Part shown: positions 57,600-64,000 of the stretch, piece by piece
Layout of the letters: every line of letters starts with the position of its first letter
How positions within the stretch are numbered: the first letter of the stretch is position 1
DNA from: Alphaproteobacteria bacterium
GTDB lineage: Bacteria; Pseudomonadota; Alphaproteobacteria; Methylaequorales; Methylaequoraceae
Direction of reading: 5' to 3'
Assembly: GCA_019650635.1 (NCBI GenBank)
Contig: BOXE01000001.1
Location: 1,196 to 65,195, forward strand
Length of the DNA: 64,000 bases
Program-made: the position numbers and the translations under genes
The notes under the pieces: generated by a model
What the model saw: the letters and a program-made list of their open reading frames with translations, nothing else
Told to the model about the DNA's origin: nothing
Databases searched by the model: none

Positions 57600-59114
57600 T
57601 TGGAAAAGAACGAAATTAAAGATTCCTTATCTTTTGACATAATCGATGTCGCTAAGAATATTGCTAAAGAAAAAGGTATAGACGAAATGGAAGTAATAGA
57701 AGCTATGGAAATGGCAATTGCTAAAGCCGGACGAACAAAATATGGATTCGAATTAGATATCAGAGCGCATGTAGATAAAGAAACAGGTAAAATAGGTTTG
57801 TATAGATATCAAGAAGTTGTTGAGGACATAGAGATATTACCTTCTGAAGAGAGAATAAATAAAATTAACATTTCAGATTTAAAAAATAAATCTTTAAAAA
57901 TAGGAGAATTTTTAAGGGAAGAATTACCTCCCCTTGATTTTGGAAGAATTGCAGTACAAACAGCTAAACAAGTCATCTTTCAAAAAGTAAAAGAGGCTGA
58001 AAAAATTATGCAATTTAATGAATTTAAAGACAAGGTTGGTGAGATAGTTAATGGGATCGTTAAAAGAGTTGAATATGGAAACCTGATTGTGGATTTAGGA
58101 AAAGGTGAAGCAATTTTGCGAAGGGAAGAACTTTTAAATAGAGAAGTGTTTAGAAGATCAGACAGAATAAGAGCCTATATTAATGAGGTTAAACACGACT
58201 TAAAAGGACCGCAGATTTTTTTATCAAGAGCACATAACAATTTCTTAGTAAAATTGTTTTTTCAAGAAGTTCCAGAGATTTACGATGGAATAATAGAAGT
58301 AAAGTCTGTTGCTCGTGATCCTGGAAGTAGAGCTAAAATTGCAGTTTATACCAAAGAGAAGAGCATTGATCCAGTTGGGGCTTGCGTTGGAATGAGAGGC
58401 AGTAGGGTTCAGGCAGTGGTTAATGAATTGCAAGGAGAGAAAATTGACATTGTGCTTTGGTCTGAAGATATTGCAACATTTGTAGTTAACGGCTTAGGCC
58501 CAGCAGAAGTTGATAAAGTAATTATAGAAGAGGAGCTGAAGAAGATTGATGTAATAGTTCCTGACGAACAACTTAGCCTAGCAATTGGAAGAAAGGGTCA
58601 AAATGTGAGATTGGCTAGTGCATTGACTGGCTGGAGTATTGATATATTAACAACATCTCAGGAGTCTGACAGAAGAAACGAAGAATTTAAAAATTTATCT
58701 CAAAAATTTATTAGTTTGTTAGATGTTGACGAAGTAATAGCTCATTTGCTTGTAACAGAGGGTTTTACATCACTTGATGAAATTGCAATGGTTTCTCTTG
58801 AGGAGTTAACCTCTATAGAAGGCTTTGATGAAAATTTATCAAAAGAACTGATACAAAGGGCTAAAATTTGTGTTGAGAAAATTAGGGTTGAAAATTTATC
58901 AAAGTTAAAAGAATCTGGATTTGATGATTATTTGTTGACTACAAAACTTTTAGATACAGATCAACTTTTAAAACTTAACGAAAATAATATTAAAACCAGA
59001 GACCAGCTTGCAGACTTATCAAATTCAGAATTAATTGAGATTTTTAGAGACATGGATCAAGATAAAGCTGATGAAATAATTATGGATTCAAGAAAACATT
59101 GGTATAAAAGTTAA
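57600..59114 (+). CDS. nusA: Transcription factor NusA
   Basis: FGRIAVQTAKQVI, ARDPGSRAKIAV, AIGRKGQNVRLAS. Confidence 0.97.
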   Translation: MEKNEIKDSLSFDIIDVAKNIAKEKGIDEMEVIEAMEMAIAKAGRTKYGFELDIRAHVDKETGKIGLYRYQEVVEDIEILPSEERINKINISDLKNKSLKIGEFLREELPPLDFGRIAVQTAKQVIFQKVKEAEKIMQFNEFKDKVGEIVNGIVKRVEYGNLIVDLGKGEAILRREELLNREVFRRSDRIRAYINEVKHDLKGPQIFLSRAHNNFLVKLFFQEVPEIYDGIIEVKSVARDPGSRAKIAVYTKEKSIDPVGACVGMRGSRVQAVVNELQGEKIDIVLWSEDIATFVVNGLGPAEVDKVIIEEELKKIDVIVPDEQLSLAIGRKGQNVRLASALTGWSIDILTTSQESDRRNEEFKNLSQKFISLLDVDEVIAHLLVTEGFTSLDEIAMVSLEELTSIEGFDENLSKELIQRAKICVEKIRVENLSKLKESGFDDYLLTTKLLDTDQLLKLNENNIKTRDQLADLSNSELIEIFRDMDQDKADEIIMDSRKHWYKS

Positions 59115-59120
59115 ACTTAG

Positions 59121-61446
59121 ATGACAGATAATGACAATAAGAATAAATTAACCGGTAAATTGCAACTTAAGAAGACAATAAACGCTGGTCAAATAAAACA
59201 AAGTTTTTCTCATGGTAGAAGTAGATCAGTCTCAGTTGAGGTTAAGAAAAAAAGGTCTATCAGCGGTTTTTCAAAAAATGAAACAGCTGAACAACCAAAA
59301 TCAACTGATACTTCCTTAACTCACCCAGAAAAAATTAAGAGAGAAGAAAGCCCTAAAATAACTGTAACAGAAGATAAAAATAAAACACAAATTGAAAAAA
59401 ATGACAAAAAGAATTTAAAGAAAACAAACGCAAGAAATTTCTTAGACAATAAAACAAGTGAAGAATCAAATAATGAAGTTGTTGAGAAACCTAAACAACC
59501 AAAATTTGTAAAAACACCCAAGAGCTTTGAAAATAGAAGACAAGGAAAACTTACCATCTCACAAGCTCTTGATGACGATAATGAGAAGGTAAGATCACTT
59601 GCTGCAATAAAAAGAGCAAGAGAGAAAGCAAAGCTTAGAAACGTAACAAAATCAGAAAATAAAGAAAATCAGGAAAATAAAGAGAGAAAAAAAAAAGAAG
59701 TTATAATTCCAGATGTAATAACTGTTAATGAACTTGCGTCACGTCTAGCTGAAAAGTCATCAAATTTGATCAAATCACTAATGAAACTTGGGGTAATGGC
59801 TACCATTAATCAAACAATTGACAGCGATACAGCTGAATTGTTAGTAATTGAATTTGGTCATGTACCAAAACGAGTAAGTGAATCTGATGTTGAAGTTGGT
59901 TTGACTGGACCTTCTGACACAGAGCAGGATCTTCTCCCAAGACCACCTGTAGTTACTGTAATGGGTCATGTTGATCATGGAAAAACATCTCTACTTGATG
60001 TAATTAGAGAAAAAAAAGTTGCTTCGACTGAAGCAGGTGGAATAACTCAACATATAGGATCTTATATAGTTGAGGCTAAAAAAGGTCAATTTATAACGTT
60101 TATCGACACACCCGGACACGCTGCTTTTAGTCAAATGAGGGCAAGAGGGTCTAATATTACAGATGTAATAGTTCTTGTTGTTGCTGCTGACGACAGTGTC
60201 AACGAACAAACAATAGAGGCTATTAGCCATGCTAAAGCTTCTGGATGTCCAATTGTAGTTGCAGTCAATAAAATAGATCTTCCAACAGCCAACGCTGAAA
60301 AAGTTGAATCTGACCTAATGAAGCACGAAATAATTAGTGAAAAAATGGGAGGACAAAATGTTTTCGTTAAGGTTTCAGCTAAAACAAAAACAGGAATAGA
60401 TGATCTTTTAGACTCAATTATACTTCAATCTGAAATTTTAGAGTTAAAAGCTAATCCGAATAGAAATGCAGATGGGACCGTTATTGAATCAAAGATAGAA
60501 AAGGGAAAGGGAACTGTCGTATCTATTCTTATACAAAATGGAACTTTAAAAGTTGGCGATATTGCTGTTGTGGGAAAGGAATGGGGTAAAGTAAGAGCAA
60601 TGTATAATGACTCGTCTGAAAAGATAAATGAAGCATTACCTAGCTTTCCTATTGAACTTCTAGGATTATCTGGAACTCCAGATTCTGGAGATAAATTGGT
60701 TGTTGTAGATAACGAGGCAAGAGCAAGAGAAGTTACGCAATATAGATCTAGAATGAAAAGAATTGAAGAGAATTCGTCAGTCAAAAGGGTTTCAATTGAT
60801 CAGATGATAGAAAGCGCATCTCAGGACGAGAAAAAAGTAATTTCTATAATTGTTAAAGCTGATGTCCATGGTTCGAAAGAAGCAATTGAACAAAGCCTCA
60901 ACAAAATGAACTCTGAAAAGATATCAATTAAAATAATACACAGTGCAGTTGGAGAAATTAATGAATCTGACGTAACTCTTGCAATTGCATCAAAAGCTAG
61001 AATTTTCGGCTTTAACGTCAAAGCCAATACCCAAGCAAAAACATTGTCTAAAAGAGAAGCAATAAAAATTAGTAATTTCTCAATAATATATGAGGTTATC
61101 GACGAGGCTCAAAAAATAATTGACGGCCTTGATAACGCAGAAGAAACTGAAACTCAAATAGGAAAAGCCATTGTAAAACAAGTCTTTGAACTTTCAGATT
61201 CCAGTAAGGTTGCTGGATGCGTTATTGAAGAGGGGAAAGTGACGTCTAAAGCATTTGTTCGAGATTTTCAGAAACGAAAAAATATTTCATGAATGTGAAA
61301 TTCAGAGTCTTAGAAGAGAAAAAAACCAAGTAAAAGAAGTCATGAGCGGTTTGGAGTGCGGAATTGTTCTTTCCAAATTCAATGAAGTTGTACAAAACGA
61401 CAGATTAGAGTTTTTTGTGAGAGAAAAAAGTGAAAAAAAATCTTAG
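59121..61446 (+). CDS. infB: Translation initiation factor IF-2 (frameshift ~61260)
   Basis: MGHVDHGKTS, DTPGH, NKID, ECGI. Confidence 0.97.
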
Positions 61447-61777
61447 TTTAGAAATAATCAAAGATGAACGAAAAAAATCAAGAATCGATAAAATTTCTAC
61501 CTTAATAAAAAAAACAATTTCTGAAGTTTTTTTAACTGTTGACTTAAATTATAGTAATGGAAAGAATGTTTTTATTATGGTGTCTCATGTCGAATTATCT
61601 TCTGATGGAAAAAGTGCTAAAGTTTTTCTAGAAACACTTAAAAACTTCAGTTTTGATCATGAAAAAGTTGTTGAAATAATTGCTAATAATTCGTCAAGAA
61701 TAAAAAAAGAATTTTCATCCAAAATTGATCTAAGATACACACCAAAGTTAAAATTTGAACTTATTAATAATAAATAA
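61430..61777 (+). CDS. rbfA: Ribosome-binding factor A
   Basis: VELSSD...AKVF and LRYTPKLKF; follows infB. Confidence 0.85.
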   Translation: MKKNLSLEIIKDERKKSRIDKISTLIKKTISEVFLTVDLNYSNGKNVFIMVSHVELSSDGKSAKVFLETLKNFSFDHEKVVEIIANNSSRIKKEFSSKIDLRYTPKLKFELINNK

Positions 61778-62675
61778 ATGAATAGCAACAATTCGAGTGG
61801 TTGGTTTTTTTTGGATAAACCAATAGGTATGACATCTAATTTTGCATTACAGAAAATAAGAAGAATTTTCAATAATTCTAAAGCAGGTTTCGTTGGTACA
61901 CTTGACCCCTTAGCTTCAGGTTTCTTGCCAGTTGCTCTGGGAAAAGCAACAAAAATTATTCCCTTTATCGAAAAATGCGACAAAAGAGTATATATTTACA
62001 GTCAAGTGGGGAATTAAAACTGAGACTGGTGATTCAGAGGGAAAAATAATAAAGGAGTGCGGAAAATATCCAAAGAAAGTTGATATTGTAAATGCTTTAA
62101 GCGAGTTTTGCGGTAATATAGAACAATTTCCTCATAAATATTCATCTGTAAAAATAAATGGACAAAGAGCACACAAATTGGCAAGAAAAAATATGAAATT
62201 TCAACTCAAAAAAAGACAAATTAAAGTCAATAATTTTACGTTAATAAATAATATCTCTGAGAAACTTGCTTCATTTTTTGTAGACTGCAGTGCTGGAACA
62301 TACGTTAGAAGTCTTGCAGAAAGTCTTGGAGAATCACTTGGCACACTTGCTACTGTTGTGGAATTGAGACGCATAGGATTTAATAATTTTAACAAAAAAC
62401 TTATTTCACTGGATTATTTATTAAGTTTGGTGCATAGTGATGAACTTAAAAGGCTTGTTCATCCAATCGATGCCGTTATGAATAATGTTTTAAAAATTCA
62501 ATTGGATTATAATCAAGTTAAAAGAGTTTTAAGCGGAAGTTTTGTTCAAATGGATAAACAATCAGTTATAACAAATAAAAACAATGTTGTTTTAGCTAAA
62601 CATGAAGACAACTATATAGCTTTGGGTTTAATTAAAGATTGTACTTTTCATCCCAAAAAGCTGTTAATTTCTTAA
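61778..62675 (+). CDS. truB: tRNA pseudouridine-55 synthase (frameshift ~61985)
   Basis: DKPIGMTS, GTLDPLASG, KEY, GTYVRSL, LRR. Confidence 0.95.
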
Positions 62676-62726
62676 TTAAATCAATATGATATATTAAGAA
62701 ATAAAATATAAATTTAGGAATTTAGG

Positions 62727-62984
62727 ATGGAAAAAACTTTAAATAAAAAAAAAGAAAGTAAAGGAAGTGACGAAAATGTTGGGAGTAGTGAAAGTCAAAT
62801 CTCAATTTTCTCAAAACGAATAAAAAATTTAACGGAACATTTGAAATCTAACAAAAAAGATCATAACACTAGAAGAGGTTTGATGAAACTTGTAGGAAAA
62901 AGAAAGAAACTTTTAAGCTATGTTAAAAGCAAAAGCAATGAAAGATACGAGTCAATTATAAAGTCTCTGGGTCTAAGGCGTTAG
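62727..62984 (+). CDS. rpsO: 30S ribosomal protein S15
   Basis: GSSESQI, LTEHL..NKKDH.TRRGL, LGLRR. Confidence 0.95.
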   Translation: MEKTLNKKKESKGSDENVGSSESQISIFSKRIKNLTEHLKSNKKDHNTRRGLMKLVGKRKKLLSYVKSKSNERYESIIKSLGLRR

Positions 62985-63004
62985 ACAAACTAAGGAGATA
63001 AAAA

Positions 63005-64000
63005 ATGTTTAATATAGCATCAGTGGAGTTAGACTGGAAAGGTCTAACTTTAAAATTAGAAACGGGCATGATTGCGAGACAAGCGGATGGTGCAGTAAAA
63101 TGCTCACTGGGTGGAACGGTTGTTTTATGTACAGTATCGGCCTCAAGAGACGTTGATGTCTCTAATGACTTTTTCCCTCTTTCAGTACACTATATTGAAA
63201 AATCATACTCAGCAGGGAAAATACCAGGGGGATTTTTTAAAAGAGAAGGACGACCAGCAGAAAATGAGATTTTAACGTCAAGACTTATAGATAGACCAAT
63301 AAGACCTCTTTTTCATCAAGATTTTAAAAATGAAACTCAAGTGGTTTGTACAGTTATAAATTACGACGGAGAAAATGATCCGTCAATTTGCGCAATGATT
63401 GGTGCTTCAGCTGCAATAACTATTTCAGGACTTCCGTTTCTTGGTCCTTTAGCTTGTTCAAGAGTTGGTTACATGGATGGTGAATATATTCTTAACCCAA
63501 CAAAAGAAGAATTAAATGAAAGTGAGCTTGATTTAGTTGTTGCTGGAACAAGAGATGGTGTTCTCATGGTGGAATCGGAAGCCAATGAATTAGACGAAAA
63601 GATAATGCTTGGAGCAGTTCAATTTGGATTTAAAGAATTTCAGTGTGTCATTGATTCAATCATAGAGCTAGCAGAAAAGTCAGCAAAAGATTCATGGGAA
63701 CTCATAAAAAGGGAGGTCCCTGAATATACTGATAAATTAAGAAACCTTTCGCAGAAAGAATTAACTCCTATTTATAAGATAAAAGAAAAAAAGAAAAGGA
63801 ATGAATCTCTAGTTGAGGTAAGAAAAAAAATAATTGAACAATTAAATGATGAGGTTGAAGACGAAAATACTCTTAAGGAAGAAATAAAAAAAATTGAGAA
63901 AGAGATAGTAAGATCATCTGTTTTAGATACAAAGAAAAGAATTGATGGGAGAGGTCTTGACGATGTTAGAGATATAGACTGTAGAGTCGATTTATTGGAC
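63005..64000 (+). CDS. pnp: Polyribonucleotide nucleotidyltransferase (runs off window end)
   Basis: LETGMIARQADG, FFPLSVHY, AGKIPGGFFKREGRP, RLIDRPIRPLF, RIDGR. Confidence 0.97.
   Translation, partial: MFNIASVELDWKGLTLKLETGMIARQADGAVKCSLGGTVVLCTVSASRDVDVSNDFFPLSVHYIEKSYSAGKIPGGFFKREGRPAENEILTSRLIDRPIRPLFHQDFKNETQVVCTVINYDGENDPSICAMIGASAAITISGLPFLGPLACSRVGYMDGEYILNPTKEELNESELDLVVAGTRDGVLMVESEANELDEKIMLGAVQFGFKEFQCVIDSIIELAEKSAKDSWELIKREVPEYTDKLRNLSQKELTPIYKIKEKKKRNESLVEVRKKIIEQLNDEVEDENTLKEEIKKIEKEIVRSSVLDTKKRIDGRGLDDVRDIDCRVDLLD

Overview
AT-rich, tightly packed chromosomal segment of a free-living-type alphaproteobacterium, probably a streamlined marine lineage. mutS and glnD argue against typical Pelagibacter. 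Most of it is core genome in familiar alphaproteobacterial order: hemE | maf-aroE-coaE | holA-lptE-leuS, yggS, rdgB-rph | hrcA-grpE-dnaK-dnaJ-dapB, mutS-glnD-murJ-trpS, usp-nfuA, tsaB-rimI-fur-olsB-olsA-miaB-phoH-ybeY-corC-lnt-metK-trmB, and nusA-infB-rbfA-truB-rpsO-pnp. Many essential genes are split by small indels, often in homopolymers, and about 48660-49450 is garbled; I read this as long-read or assembly error, not decay. The highlights are: (1) a probable oriC between hemE and maf; (2) a complete Pho locus (phoR, an OprO/P porin, pstSCAB, phoU, phoB) with Pho boxes, interrupted by a divergent non-canonical Fae homolog and an ~86-nt strand-specific rod-like RNA hairpin, and followed by a GT2-GT9 fusion glycosyltransferase; (3) ornithine-lipid genes hidden in the garbled stretch; (4) a CenR-like regulator with a degenerate receiver; (5) an inserted cell-wall hydrolase trio; (6) a long hairpin in the dnaK leader. 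I saw no rRNA, tRNA, CRISPR or mobile element. All family calls come from motif recognition by eye, not database searches.
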